20,000 nucleotides of DNA from an uncultured virus (IMG/VR IMGVR_UViG_3300020048_000111) (IMGVR_UViG_3300020048_000111), one strand, 5' to 3'; counted from the first letter of the stretch, positions 1-10,952 are shown. Notes: a model not told the origin generated them from the letters alone. Numbers and translations are program-made.

Positions 1-1
1 A

Positions 2-3000
2 AAAGAATTACGTTTCTTTAAAGAAATCCTTGGTGAGAAATTACACAATGATGTTATAGCTGAAACAAAACCTATTGAAGATGTATACACTAAATATGAA
101 AACAGAATCAACACTGCTCTTGATAAATACATTACTAAGAAAACGAATAACTTAAAATGGCTTTTAGAAAGATTTAATATTCTTAAACAAGAAGAAACAG
201 GATGGAATACAGAGAATATTGATTTGCCGGAAAATATGACAGAGAATGAACTTAATGGACATTTAAAGGCATTGTCTATTAATTTCATGATTGCTAATAT
301 TGAAATGCATAAAATTCTTTATTCAGACCCTTATCAATATTGGGATGAATTAAAGCGTATAAAAGCTTTCAACTCTCCTGCACAACCTTTGGTAAATGAT
401 CCTAAAATGAATGCAGCTTATAATAAGGTGTGGAATAAAGGATTTAAAAAAGGTGAAATAGGATATACAGATTTTACAAAATCTTATTTCTCAACAGGAA
501 CATTTGCTGATGTTATTGGTATAATAGACCTCCCTGATTATAAGGAATATGAAGAAACCAATGGTAGTGGTATTATCACCTTTGGTGCTTATAGAAATTT
601 CAGGATAAGGGCAGGAGAATGGAATGATAATGAGGAAGCTCAATATAGGTATGATGTTGCTTGGGAGAAAAGAGATAAAGCAGAAATAGCAAAAAAAGAA
701 GGAAGAGATGTAGAATCAAAAGCTTATTACGATAGTATATCTGTTGAAGAAGCAATGATACTAGAAGGGAAAAATCCACAGGTACAAAGTGCTTATACGC
801 CATTAAAACCTATTGCCAGAGGCAACAAAGCTAATAAGAGGAATTACAATGATGTTGTGATGGATAAGTATGCTCTCTATCCACTTTCTTATAGGATGAT
901 GAAGAGTGTAAATAAAGCAGGAGGTAAGGAAAATTCAAATGCTATTGCTCTCTATAATAAAATGCAGAATGAGAAATTAGATTATATGGTATTTGAAACA
1001 GGTAGAAAGGTAGGGGCAGAACAACTATCTCCTGTTTATAATGTTGATGGTAGCTTTAATACTTCTCCATACAAAGGAATAGTAAATGTTCCTTTTGAAA
1101 TATTAAGTATTCAGGCAGAAGTTCCTTCACATGATGATAACAATGTAACAAGAGGTAGTCAGATTACTAAACTTGTTACAATGGATTTCATGGAAGCAGG
1201 TGTTCCTGTTGATTTTGATGAGAGTAATAAAAATTTCAGTAAAAGGTATAAAGCTTGGTATGCTCTTTCAGAAGAGGCAAAGAAAGAAATTTCTCCTTTA
1301 TATAAAGAAATAATAAATAATCAGAACCTTCTTGAGGAATTAACACAGAAAGGGTATGAAAATTTATTAAAAACTCTTGGTATAAAAGAAGAGAATGGTG
1401 CTTTCACTATAATTGATCTTTCCAAAACAGGAGAAATGTTAAGGGATGAAATCCTTAAAAGAGAGGTGAATGATAACATTAGTAAAGCTCTCTCATCTTT
1501 CTTAGAAGGAAAATCAGTATTGGAAGCTACTCCTGCATATCAACAAATAAGGAACATTCTTTATTCTATTGCAGATAGGGAAGTTATCTCACAAAAAATG
1601 CCAGGAGGTTCTAAGGTACAAATACCCTCTTTATTCTTTGAAGAACAAAGACTTGGTATAAAAAAGATTGCAGGTAAGAAAGGGTATACATCAGATGTAT
1701 TGAGATTTTACTCAGAAGGAGAGAATAAAACTAATACATGTGAAATAATGATAGGAAGATGGTTTGATAGTCCTCTTTCAGATGAAGAACTTTTAAACTA
1801 TTTGAATAACACACCTGAAGGACAGAAAATTCTTTCCGGACTTGCATATAGGATTCCTACACAGAAACAGAATTCAATTGAAGCATTTGTAATTAAACAA
1901 TTCCTTCCAAAGGAATTTGGTGATAGTGTTGTTGTTCCTGCTGCTCTTGTAGAGAAAACAGGAGCTGACTTTGACATTGATAAACTCTTTATGTATTTGA
2001 AGAATGTTATCATGGGAAAGAATGGATTGGAATTAGTTAATTATTTAACAGATGAAAACTCTACAGTTGGTAAGAGGTATTACAATTGGGTAAAAGAGAA
2101 TGTAGATAAGGATGCTAAGAAATATATAAATTTCCTATCCAAAGGAGCAATAAAGGAACTAAGAACTAATTTTAAAGCTAGATTAGATGAAATAAGTAGT
2201 AGTTATAAAACTGCTATTTCTACAAAGAAAGAAGAACTTTTTGAGCAATATGAAGAATTATTCAATGATGTAGATTATGTTCTGAATGTTCAAATGCAGG
2301 ATAACTACATAATGGAATTATTTGATGAAGGTAAAGAGATATTCTTTAGCCTTTCAGATGAAGCAAGAGCAGACTATTGGGTGTTGAAAGCTTCAATGAG
2401 AATGAATAATATTCAGGGGCCAAAAGAGATTGAAAATTATCTTGCTCTTACACTTCGTAAAATTGAAAGAGGAGAACAATCTGAAGATATTGTTAATTTC
2501 TTAAATATGGCTTCTTTATATGAACAGGAGTTAGAAGTATTAGGTGCTACAAAAGAATATGTAGATGCTTATAAAGCTGAAGCTCTTAGGGTATTTAGAG
2601 AAGGTAAGAATGAAACTATACAGGATATAGGAGAACAATCAAAACAGATATCAGCAAATGTTAAAGCTGAATATATAAATACTAAAGAATCTATAAATGT
2701 ACAGGCAGCAGAAGAAATGGCAGAAATACAAGGGCTTCCTTCTCTTGCAGAATTTAGTAGATTTTCTCTCAATAAACAGAATACAAAGAAAGCACTTGAG
2801 AATGCATACATAGAAAGCAGTGAAACTCTTGTTCTTCATCCAAAGAATTACAAGAGGCTCATTCAACCTAACTCAGCAAAGCAATTAAAAGACCTTGCTG
2901 AAGAAATTACCATTAAAACTATAGGGCATAAATTTGATTATGCTAATATCAATAATATGCTTGATATTGGTTTTATGACAAGGCTTAGACATGCTTTTGT

Positions 3001-5509
3001 AACAGGTAAATATGCTATTGGTATTGCTGCTGTTAATCAAACTAACCATTCTCTCAATCAAAGACAACCTATCTTTATTGATAAAGAAAAGCTTAAATTA
3101 GTAAAAGAAGATGCTCATTGGTTGGGTGATGCCACTATTAGATTTGACAAATATAATAAAATTACTGTTGATGGAAGAGTTGTTCCCACACTCTCTATGA
3201 TAACAAATGCTGATGGACAAGATATATCAGATATCATAGGACAATTTATTGATGGGTATGTTGATATATCCAAAGGGCCTTGGATTATGGAACTTGGAGC
3301 TACACCTAATGTTGCTTCTACTTACCTATTTCTTGCTAAACTTGGAGTTCCTATTGATACAATAGCATATTTTATGAATCAACCTATTGTGCAGGATTAT
3401 TTAAGAACGATTGAGAGTGAGGGGTATTCATGGTTGTTTATTGACAAATATGTAAAAGTTGTAAAAGGTGATTATGCTTCTTCTGTTAAAATTCCTTCAG
3501 AGGGGTGGTCTATTCCTTCTAAGAATGTATTAAAGAATTTAGTAGGAAAGAAGGTAGCAGAAATGAATACAAGTGAATTAGCTAATCAAAGGCTTATGTT
3601 AGATGAGTTTTTGAAATATGCTAAAATGGCTGAACATATGTTCCTGGTTACACAAGGTAGTAACTTTGATACAGCTACATTTAATGATCCTTATTTAGTA
3701 TTCAAGAAATTCAAACAACTTGAAAAAGCACAGAGCACCATTATTAGTAGCATTAATAAAGAAGGAAATGTTATTAGTGGCGTAGATGGACTGTTGAATA
3801 ATTCATTTATTGGTACATTAAAAACAAGAATAGAATCATTAAGGGATGCATTAGCAGAGATATTAAAATCAGATCAACCAAGGGTAAGAGGAATTATTGA
3901 AAAGGTTATTACCCCCTATATACAGATGAATGATAATGATTTTGTTAAACTTGCTCAAAAAGCTGTTAATGATTTATTTGATTATGCTCTTCAGACAGAT
4001 ACAGCTTTAAATGAAGAAATAACAGACATTCTTATTAAAAAAGGAGGTGTTGCAAAAGAGGTGGGAACATTTATACAGCATGTAAAGGATAATAAAGGAC
4101 ATCCTTTACATAATAATATTGTTATTAACCTTATGCAGATTGTTCCTTCAGATAAAGCAGGGGATGCTTCTATAACAAATGTTAAGGTGAAGAGTTTAGC
4201 CAATAAGGTGTATGACCAAAATAACCTTATATTTGCATTTAGAGAGATAAGGGATTATTTAAAAGGCCAGGATAGTAAACTTTATGACAGGCTCATTAGA
4301 CTTGCTGTATTACAATCAGGACTTTCTAAATCTACATTATCTTTTACATCTGTAATTCCTTTTGAAGACTTTGAAAAGATATATAATGAGACACTTTCTT
4401 CTTTGGAAAAAGTACCACATTTGGAACAGTTTTATGAATTAGGTGTGTTCCAAAGAAATAATTGGAATAATGATGATATTGTTCCTCACATAAAAGCAAA
4501 ATACATTAAGTTTCCTGCAGGAGGAGGAAAATACAATCCTTCAATGGCTTCCCTTCCTGACAATGTAAAGAAAGCTACAATAGCCGGAGATATACCTCAA
4601 ATGCTTACACAATCGGTTCTTAACAAAGAAGCTAAATCAGACTACATTGTTTATTCATGGGAGGATATTTCTCTTTCTGCTGAAGATAAAAAACAAGGAC
4701 TCACCACAACAGCAAAGAAAAAAGCTTATATGCGTAGAACAGGTGACTTCTCTTATATACAAAAAGGACTTTTCCAAAAGGTGTATGATGATTTTGGTAC
4801 AGCTTTAATTCACAGGGATTACAAGGGAAAGGAATATTTTGTGTACAAAGCTACAAATGCCTGGGGAAATGGCAATAAAGCAAATGAGTTTTATGCAGAA
4901 GACAGACCTTCAGTGATTGATAATGGTTTTATCCCCATTAACAGTAACCCACATGACAATCATAATATAATAGACCTTTTTCTCAAAGAAACTCCAAAAG
5001 CTAAACAACAAACAAATACATCTACTTATGAAATTAATAAACCAAAACAAATAGGTAATACACAAAAAACTAAAACTTCTTGGGCAAGAAAATCAAATAA
5101 TGGGTATGAAGTATCTACCAAGGGTGATAGTAGGTTTAGTGCTTTTAATGCTAAAATAAAAGCAGAAGGAAACAAAAGTATAGAAGAGATATATCAAACA
5201 GAAGTTAAAGGATACAAATCTATCTCTGAAGGGAAAGGAAAACCACCAAAGACAGGATTAAGTAGAGAAGAATCATATAATCAATATAAAGAATTGTGGA
5301 TACAATGGGCTAATGAAAATCCTAATTTAATGCAAGAATTAGCCAATAAAGCACAAGGAAAAGTATTAACAGATATGTTTGCTAATACAGAAGTAAATCA
5401 AGCAAGAGCCTTATCTGAAATACTAAATGATTTTGATTATTATTCTAATGAGAAAACAAACAAACCAAAAGAATTACCAGCAATTTCACGTTCATCTAAA
5501 AAATGTTAA
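2..5509 (+). CDS. Giant virion-associated DNA-directed RNA polymerase (two-barrel, crAss-like), 5'-partial, with a C-terminal accessory domain
   Basis: The frame is open from base 2 (KELRFFKEILGEKLH...), so the listed TTG at 224 is not the true start. YRIPTQ at ~1847-1864 and catalytic GADFDIDKL (DxDxD at 1967-1981) match the motifs of crAss-like virion RNAPs such as phi14:2 gp66. Later blocks GIAAVNQT and FIDGYVDISK also look conserved. Confidence 0.9.
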   Translation, partial: KELRFFKEILGEKLHNDVIAETKPIEDVYTKYENRINTALDKYITKKTNNLKWLLERFNILKQEETGWNTENIDLPENMTENELNGHLKALSINFMIANIEMHKILYSDPYQYWDELKRIKAFNSPAQPLVNDPKMNAAYNKVWNKGFKKGEIGYTDFTKSYFSTGTFADVIGIIDLPDYKEYEETNGSGIITFGAYRNFRIRAGEWNDNEEAQYRYDVAWEKRDKAEIAKKEGRDVESKAYYDSISVEEAMILEGKNPQVQSAYTPLKPIARGNKANKRNYNDVVMDKYALYPLSYRMMKSVNKAGGKENSNAIALYNKMQNEKLDYMVFETGRKVGAEQLSPVYNVDGSFNTSPYKGIVNVPFEILSIQAEVPSHDDNNVTRGSQITKLVTMDFMEAGVPVDFDESNKNFSKRYKAWYALSEEAKKEISPLYKEIINNQNLLEELTQKGYENLLKTLGIKEENGAFTIIDLSKTGEMLRDEILKREVNDNISKALSSFLEGKSVLEATPAYQQIRNILYSIADREVISQKMPGGSKVQIPSLFFEEQRLGIKKIAGKKGYTSDVLRFYSEGENKTNTCEIMIGRWFDSPLSDEELLNYLNNTPEGQKILSGLAYRIPTQKQNSIEAFVIKQFLPKEFGDSVVVPAALVEKTGADFDIDKLFMYLKNVIMGKNGLELVNYLTDENSTVGKRYYNWVKENVDKDAKKYINFLSKGAIKELRTNFKARLDEISSSYKTAISTKKEELFEQYEELFNDVDYVLNVQMQDNYIMELFDEGKEIFFSLSDEARADYWVLKASMRMNNIQGPKEIENYLALTLRKIERGEQSEDIVNFLNMASLYEQELEVLGATKEYVDAYKAEALRVFREGKNETIQDIGEQSKQISANVKAEYINTKESINVQAAEEMAEIQGLPSLAEFSRFSLNKQNTKKALENAYIESSETLVLHPKNYKRLIQPNSAKQLKDLAEEITIKTIGHKFDYANINNMLDIGFMTRLRHAFVTGKYAIGIAAVNQTNHSLNQRQPIFIDKEKLKLVKEDAHWLGDATIRFDKYNKITVDGRVVPTLSMITNADGQDISDIIGQFIDGYVDISKGPWIMELGATPNVASTYLFLAKLGVPIDTIAYFMNQPIVQDYLRTIESEGYSWLFIDKYVKVVKGDYASSVKIPSEGWSIPSKNVLKNLVGKKVAEMNTSELANQRLMLDEFLKYAKMAEHMFLVTQGSNFDTATFNDPYLVFKKFKQLEKAQSTIISSINKEGNVISGVDGLLNNSFIGTLKTRIESLRDALAEILKSDQPRVRGIIEKVITPYIQMNDNDFVKLAQKAVNDLFDYALQTDTALNEEITDILIKKGGVAKEVGTFIQHVKDNKGHPLHNNIVINLMQIVPSDKAGDASITNVKVKSLANKVYDQNNLIFAFREIRDYLKGQDSKLYDRLIRLAVLQSGLSKSTLSFTSVIPFEDFEKIYNETLSSLEKVPHLEQFYELGVFQRNNWNNDDIVPHIKAKYIKFPAGGGKYNPSMASLPDNVKKATIAGDIPQMLTQSVLNKEAKSDYIVYSWEDISLSAEDKKQGLTTTAKKKAYMRRTGDFSYIQKGLFQKVYDDFGTALIHRDYKGKEYFVYKATNAWGNGNKANEFYAEDRPSVIDNGFIPINSNPHDNHNIIDLFLKETPKAKQQTNTSTYEINKPKQIGNTQKTKTSWARKSNNGYEVSTKGDSRFSAFNAKIKAEGNKSIEEIYQTEVKGYKSISEGKGKPPKTGLSREESYNQYKELWIQWANENPNLMQELANKAQGKVLTDMFANTEVNQARALSEILNDFDYYSNEKTNKPKELPAISRSSKKC

Positions 5510-5512
5510 CAG

Positions 5513-8500
5513 ATGCCTTGTAAAATTCAAATCAGACAGAATATAGTATTTAATGTTCAGCAACTTTCTGACAAATATTTAAGCAACTCTCTTGAAGATG
5601 CTAGAGAAGGAGCTATTAAAATAAATCAGATGTATAATGCTGATGTTGTATCTTTTGGTATGACAGGAGGGGAAGATGTTATTACAGCTAATATACATAT
5701 TCCTGAAGAGGTGGTTGATAGATACTATGAGAATGAGGTTTATCTTGAAGAAGAGGATGCAAGAATTTTACAGAATAATGAAATAGAAAGAGGAGGATAT
5801 ACAGAAGAAGATAGAGGAACTTTTTTTCAATTAGGTAATGATAATGAAATAGTTAAAGAAATTAGAAAAACAAAACCATTTACATTTAATGCTCCTGAAG
5901 GTGAACCATCTATAGAATGGGAGTATTCTACAACTATTGATGAAGATATTTATAATTTTACTGCCGGAATATATAATTATTATAATGAAGATACAGAAAC
6001 TGTAGATAAATACTTTGATATAGATTTTGATGTTAATGGTTCTGATGAATTGGTAGGTAAGAATTTATTTGCAAGAAAAAAACAAATAATTCCTATTATA
6101 AATGCTTTTATGACTAAAGCATCTTCTTATCAATCTGTAGATAAAATTAGATTAACTAGTTCACTTGAACAAGGGCCAAAGAAAGCTCAACAAAGGGCTC
6201 TTTTATATAAACGTGTAATGGATGAATTAGGTTTTCAATTTGATTCATTTGCTGATAATGGTGAAACTGTTCTTTATAAAATGCCACAGCGTAATATGAT
6301 GAATCAAACAGAAGATGTTCCTGCTTCAAAAGCATCTCCTGATACAATAGCAAAGGTGAAAGAAGCATGTGCTAAAATGGGAATTAGTATTCAGGCTCTT
6401 TCTGAGTATATAAAGAACAATCCTAATGTTAATACAAAAGGAATTAATGGTCTTGCCGATTTGGTGAAGGGTATCATTGCCCTATCTGAAGGAAGAGAAG
6501 GTGTAGCATTAACAGAAGAAATGGTACATATAGCAACATCTATTCTTGAACAATCATTTCCAAAAATGGTAACAGAAATGATAAGTAAAATAGACAGGTT
6601 TGCTATTTACAAGAAAGTATATGATTCATACAAAGGAAAATATGTTACAAAAGAAGGAAAACCAGATATAAGGAGAATAAAAAAAGAAGCTGTAGATAAG
6701 CTAATTGCTGAATTAATAATTAACAACAATGAGAATGCAACAGAGTTTCCTGAATTAATGGAAGAACAAAACAGAAGTCTTATTAAAAGATGGTGGGAAA
6801 ATATTCTTGATTGGTTCAGAGGGCAATATAGGAAAACAAATATTGACATATTTAATATTGCTTCCAAAGAGATAATGGAGGGTAATCTCCAATTCTATCC
6901 TAAGGAACAACAAGGAGAAGGAATATATTATCAAATAGAAAAGAATGAAGCTGTAGATAGAATATATAACATCTACAAAGAGAAAGCTAGTAGATTAGAA
7001 TTGTTTCCTGAAGAAACAGATAGTTCAGGTAAGGTAATTAAGAAAAGGCATTACACCTTTGATGGTAAAGAAGTAGCAAGGAGTGTAACAGAGAAAACTA
7101 AGGCAAGTAATAAAATGCCTGAGCGTACTGCTGCTCAATTATTGGATGATGAACAAAAGAGGGATTGGGGATTAGCAGGACATGCTTTTATTCAAAATGA
7201 TATTGAGGTTAACTTGATTGATAAGGATGGGTATGCAAGAGAAGTGTTCCTTGATGAGAGAATAAATAGTCCTCTTGATGAAGAGATTACAGATAAATTA
7301 AAAATCTTTAATAGGGAATTAATAAGAAGTTATCCAAAAGGTACAAGATTCCTTATTGAGTTAAAGGTCATAAATGAGAAAGAGAAGGGGCTATTAGCCT
7401 CTACAGTGGATTTTAAGGCAATAGAACCCACTGCTGATGGAAAAGACTTTAGAATTGATACACTCGATTGGAAATTCATGAATATTAATAAAGATCATGA
7501 AGAAGATGTTCCTTGGTATAAACAAAAAGATTGGAAACCTCAAATGGGTGAGTATTCTAAAATAGATAGGGAATATGGTGTTACCTCTAAACAGATTAGG
7601 AAAGCCAGGATGATTCCCTTCCAAATGAATTATGAATATAGGAATACAAAGAATAAAGAAAAGGTGTTATATGCTACATCTATTGAAATAGGTAAACTTG
7701 ATAGTTTAACAGAAACAAATTTATATTTGCTTCCTGTTCCTACAGATATAGAATCAACAGGAAGTGAGAAGATTGATGCTCTTGTTTCCTCTCTTGATAT
7801 GTATTATGAAAAGCTTGCAAAGATGCCTGTATCTCCTTTAGAGAAGGATATAAAGAAAGGGCAATTAGCAGAATTATCAAAAGCTATTAGGGTGCTAAGA
7901 ATGAAAATGGATTTTGAACCCTTGGCTAATGTAGGAAAGACATTCTTGGAAAATGCTAAAAAAGTGTTGGATACATTAAGGGATGTGGATTATTCTACTA
8001 TGTCTCAAAAGGATATTAATAAAAAGTTGGCAGAACTTCTTGAGTTTAAAAAAAGTGCTGAGAAATTTGCTTCTTTGGATAAGGTGTTTCTTTCTTACTA
8101 TCCCAAAAATACTCTTGATGAACAAGGAAGAAAAACTCTGGCTACATTAAGAAGTATTGCAGGAGCAACAGATGTAATGTTAGAAGATATTGTAGATTTA
8201 CAAAAAGAATATACTGTTCAATTTGCTCTTATAGAGGGAATTACAAAAGAAGAGAATAAATCTACAATTCTTGAGCCGGAGAAAGAAATAGGAGGATTTT
8301 ATAGGATGTTATCAGAAGCTTCCCTTCTTTCTTCAAAAATAATAAATATAGCTACAAACTATATCCTCAATGTAAAGGGAGAAACAAATATTCTTATTGA
8401 AAAAGAAACAAAGAAATTTGGCACTTTATTATTGGCATTAGAGAATATTGCTAAATCAAAAGGAAAAAGTGCTTTTGATTTAATAGCAAAGGTGAAAGAT

Positions 8501-10948
8501 AATGAATTAGTGTTACATGAAAAGGTAGATAAAGAATTCTTAAATAATCTCTCAAAAGCTCAACAGGAAAAGAATAAAGCATTTCTTTTAGAAAACTTAA
8601 ACCTGGAAGCATATAAAAAATTAGCAGAAGAGGTAATAACAAAACAGAATGAAATTATTGAATCTACTCATTATTCCTCTGAAGATAGGGATAATGAGGA
8701 GAGAAAGGTGTATGAAAAAGAGAAAATAAAGAATGCTCTTTCTATTGAGAGTAAATCCTTCAATGGGTACACTAATGGTACATTCAATAGACTTTATAGA
8801 ATGACAATGAAAGCTGATGAGCATCTTTCAGAGAGTTATAAAGAAATGGCAAAGGATAAAGCTGTTCTTGATATGTGGGAGTTTCTTACAGAACTAAATC
8901 AGAAAGCTATTGAAATGGGTTATCTATCTTATGGAAAATCTTCTTTTTTTGCTTTAATAGAGGCTACAATGATCCAAAAATTAAGAGCTTCTAATAATAT
9001 GTTAGAGGAAGCTTCTGATATGTTTAAAGATTTATATTCTGTAAGGATAAATGAAGAACATGCTTATTCTAAATTGGATAAGGAAACAGGACAGATAAAG
9101 AGAGTGATTCCTAAATTGTTTACAAGAACAGATAAAGCAATTAATCAACTCTCACAAGACCTTACAATGGTTGGCCCTTTATGGATAAAATCATTATATG
9201 AATATAAAGCATCTGTAGATATGGAACTCCCTCTTCTCACCTTATTAGAGGTGGAGAGAAATAAAGACCATATTATTGTAGAAAAAGGCGATATAGTATT
9301 TGATGAAAGTGGTAAACCAAGAATAGGAAGAGGAAATACCAATGCAGAAATCTTAGCAACACAAATTGATGATATTGTATATGGACTTAGAGAAGACACT
9401 TCTTCACTTGGAAATGTTGTTATATCCCAAGGAGCAAATGCTGTGTCAAAAAATGAAGAAATAGGAGAAGCAAGAGCAGTAAATATAAGAAAGGGTATTG
9501 AGAATATGAATGCTCTTACACAAAGTTTAGCAGTGGGTTTGAGATGGATGATTATGATTCCCAACTATTTTGGAAATCAGTTTCAATCTTTCATAAATAA
9601 TGGAAAATTATACACCTATTCAGAATACCTTGCTAATCATGGAAAGATGATTACAGGAATAAATCTAACAACAATACAGAAAGGACTTATTGATCTTATA
9701 GTTCCTCTGAATGGTGATCCATATATGGAAGCAAGAAGAAAAATTGCATGGAAACAAGGACTTGCAAAATGGTTAGGAACATGGACAATGCAGGAAGCAA
9801 TGATGTCTTCCAACTACCTTCCTGAAAGAAACCTACAATTTACTAATGCTCTTTCATTTATTGATAATGCAATGGTGGTAGATGGTAAAATTGTGAATAT
9901 AAGACAACATCTTTCAAGACAAGATGAAAGTAGATATAAGAAAGATGAGAATGGTAAATTTATCATGTCTCAAGAGGAACGTAAATCCTATGAAAAAACA
10001 TTTAACGAAAGAGTAAAAGCATTAAAAGATAGCTCCTCTTTAGATAAGATAGCAAAAATTGAAAATGATGAGGTGGTAATTCCTGGTGTTTCAAATAAAG
10101 AATTAGCAAAATTCAGAACACAAATAGTTGAATGGGGAAGAAACTTAAATGGGCAAATGAGTCAGGAGAATAAAGCAGGGTATAGAAGGGATATTCTTTT
10201 AAAATCCTTTGCTATGTTCAGGAATTGGATTATAAGACAATCCTCTGTAAGAGCGCATGATATTATGTATAATACAGAGATTAATGATTGGGAATATGGT
10301 AGAACAAGAGCATTTATGAAAGCATGGATACAGGCCTGTAATTGGAATATCCTAAAAATGATGGATATAATGAATGGTACAGATGAAGGTTTGGCTATTA
10401 TGGATGAAATGCTTGTAAGAAAAAAAGAAGAGTATTATAAAAAGAATGGAAAAGTGCTTGAAATTACCAATGAACAATTTTATGATATGATGAGAACAGC
10501 TCTTTCAAATGAAATGAAAGAACTTGGAACATTATTAGGGCTTATGACAGTGGTAATTGGTGCTAAATTAGCTGCTCCTCCTCCGGATGAAGATGTTCTT
10601 ACAAGAAATAAATACAAATATTTCTTAAAACTCATTAATAAAATAACAGATGAGGTGCGGTTTTATTATAGTCCTGTATCATTCTTGAGTATGACAAGAG
10701 GTAGTTTCCTTCCTGCTCTTGGTTTAATTGGTAAAGCACAAAAAGCAATTACAGCATTAGGAACAGAAACTATAGGTTATATGGGTGATAATGAAAAACT
10801 TATGAAAGACACACATACAGCAAAATATTTCCTGGATATTATTCCTGTAGCTTCACAATTTCAAAGAGATTGGCTTCCATTAATAGACCCTGAATTTGCA
10901 AAAGAAATGGGAATAGTGGTAACAGCACAACCTAGAATTCAGCAATAA
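5513..10948 (+). CDS. Giant multidomain virion/ejection-type protein: GNAT-like insert, zincin-like domain, PD-(D/E)XK nuclease-like domain, helical C-terminal region
   Basis: 1811-aa ORF starting 3 bp after the RNAP stop. TEEMVH (6512-6529) with later KKEAVDKL is a degenerate zincin. HY..SVT..GLAGH..E..TVDF..LDWK (DWK 7466-7474)..QMGEY is a RecB/Cas4-like PD-(D/E)XK pattern. Position next to the virion RNAP is typical of crAss-like cargo genes. Confidence 0.72.
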   Translation: MPCKIQIRQNIVFNVQQLSDKYLSNSLEDAREGAIKINQMYNADVVSFGMTGGEDVITANIHIPEEVVDRYYENEVYLEEEDARILQNNEIERGGYTEEDRGTFFQLGNDNEIVKEIRKTKPFTFNAPEGEPSIEWEYSTTIDEDIYNFTAGIYNYYNEDTETVDKYFDIDFDVNGSDELVGKNLFARKKQIIPIINAFMTKASSYQSVDKIRLTSSLEQGPKKAQQRALLYKRVMDELGFQFDSFADNGETVLYKMPQRNMMNQTEDVPASKASPDTIAKVKEACAKMGISIQALSEYIKNNPNVNTKGINGLADLVKGIIALSEGREGVALTEEMVHIATSILEQSFPKMVTEMISKIDRFAIYKKVYDSYKGKYVTKEGKPDIRRIKKEAVDKLIAELIINNNENATEFPELMEEQNRSLIKRWWENILDWFRGQYRKTNIDIFNIASKEIMEGNLQFYPKEQQGEGIYYQIEKNEAVDRIYNIYKEKASRLELFPEETDSSGKVIKKRHYTFDGKEVARSVTEKTKASNKMPERTAAQLLDDEQKRDWGLAGHAFIQNDIEVNLIDKDGYAREVFLDERINSPLDEEITDKLKIFNRELIRSYPKGTRFLIELKVINEKEKGLLASTVDFKAIEPTADGKDFRIDTLDWKFMNINKDHEEDVPWYKQKDWKPQMGEYSKIDREYGVTSKQIRKARMIPFQMNYEYRNTKNKEKVLYATSIEIGKLDSLTETNLYLLPVPTDIESTGSEKIDALVSSLDMYYEKLAKMPVSPLEKDIKKGQLAELSKAIRVLRMKMDFEPLANVGKTFLENAKKVLDTLRDVDYSTMSQKDINKKLAELLEFKKSAEKFASLDKVFLSYYPKNTLDEQGRKTLATLRSIAGATDVMLEDIVDLQKEYTVQFALIEGITKEENKSTILEPEKEIGGFYRMLSEASLLSSKIINIATNYILNVKGETNILIEKETKKFGTLLLALENIAKSKGKSAFDLIAKVKDNELVLHEKVDKEFLNNLSKAQQEKNKAFLLENLNLEAYKKLAEEVITKQNEIIESTHYSSEDRDNEERKVYEKEKIKNALSIESKSFNGYTNGTFNRLYRMTMKADEHLSESYKEMAKDKAVLDMWEFLTELNQKAIEMGYLSYGKSSFFALIEATMIQKLRASNNMLEEASDMFKDLYSVRINEEHAYSKLDKETGQIKRVIPKLFTRTDKAINQLSQDLTMVGPLWIKSLYEYKASVDMELPLLTLLEVERNKDHIIVEKGDIVFDESGKPRIGRGNTNAEILATQIDDIVYGLREDTSSLGNVVISQGANAVSKNEEIGEARAVNIRKGIENMNALTQSLAVGLRWMIMIPNYFGNQFQSFINNGKLYTYSEYLANHGKMITGINLTTIQKGLIDLIVPLNGDPYMEARRKIAWKQGLAKWLGTWTMQEAMMSSNYLPERNLQFTNALSFIDNAMVVDGKIVNIRQHLSRQDESRYKKDENGKFIMSQEERKSYEKTFNERVKALKDSSSLDKIAKIENDEVVIPGVSNKELAKFRTQIVEWGRNLNGQMSQENKAGYRRDILLKSFAMFRNWIIRQSSVRAHDIMYNTEINDWEYGRTRAFMKAWIQACNWNILKMMDIMNGTDEGLAIMDEMLVRKKEEYYKKNGKVLEITNEQFYDMMRTALSNEMKELGTLLGLMTVVIGAKLAAPPPDEDVLTRNKYKYFLKLINKITDEVRFYYSPVSFLSMTRGSFLPALGLIGKAQKAITALGTETIGYMGDNEKLMKDTHTAKYFLDIIPVASQFQRDWLPLIDPEFAKEMGIVVTAQPRIQQ

Positions 10949-10952
10949 GCAA

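Noticed and set aside
224..226. TTG start for the RNAP
   Set aside because: The frame is open upstream to base 2, so the gene begins before the window.
2000..2790. Intein or intron within the RNAP
   Set aside because: No Cys/Ser...His-Asn intein termini, no LAGLIDADG/HNH motifs, and no frame interruption.
7040..7760. Cas4/CRISPR system
   Set aside because: The PD-(D/E)XK domain is embedded in a giant protein, lacks the Cas4 Fe-S cysteines, and no array or other cas genes are present.
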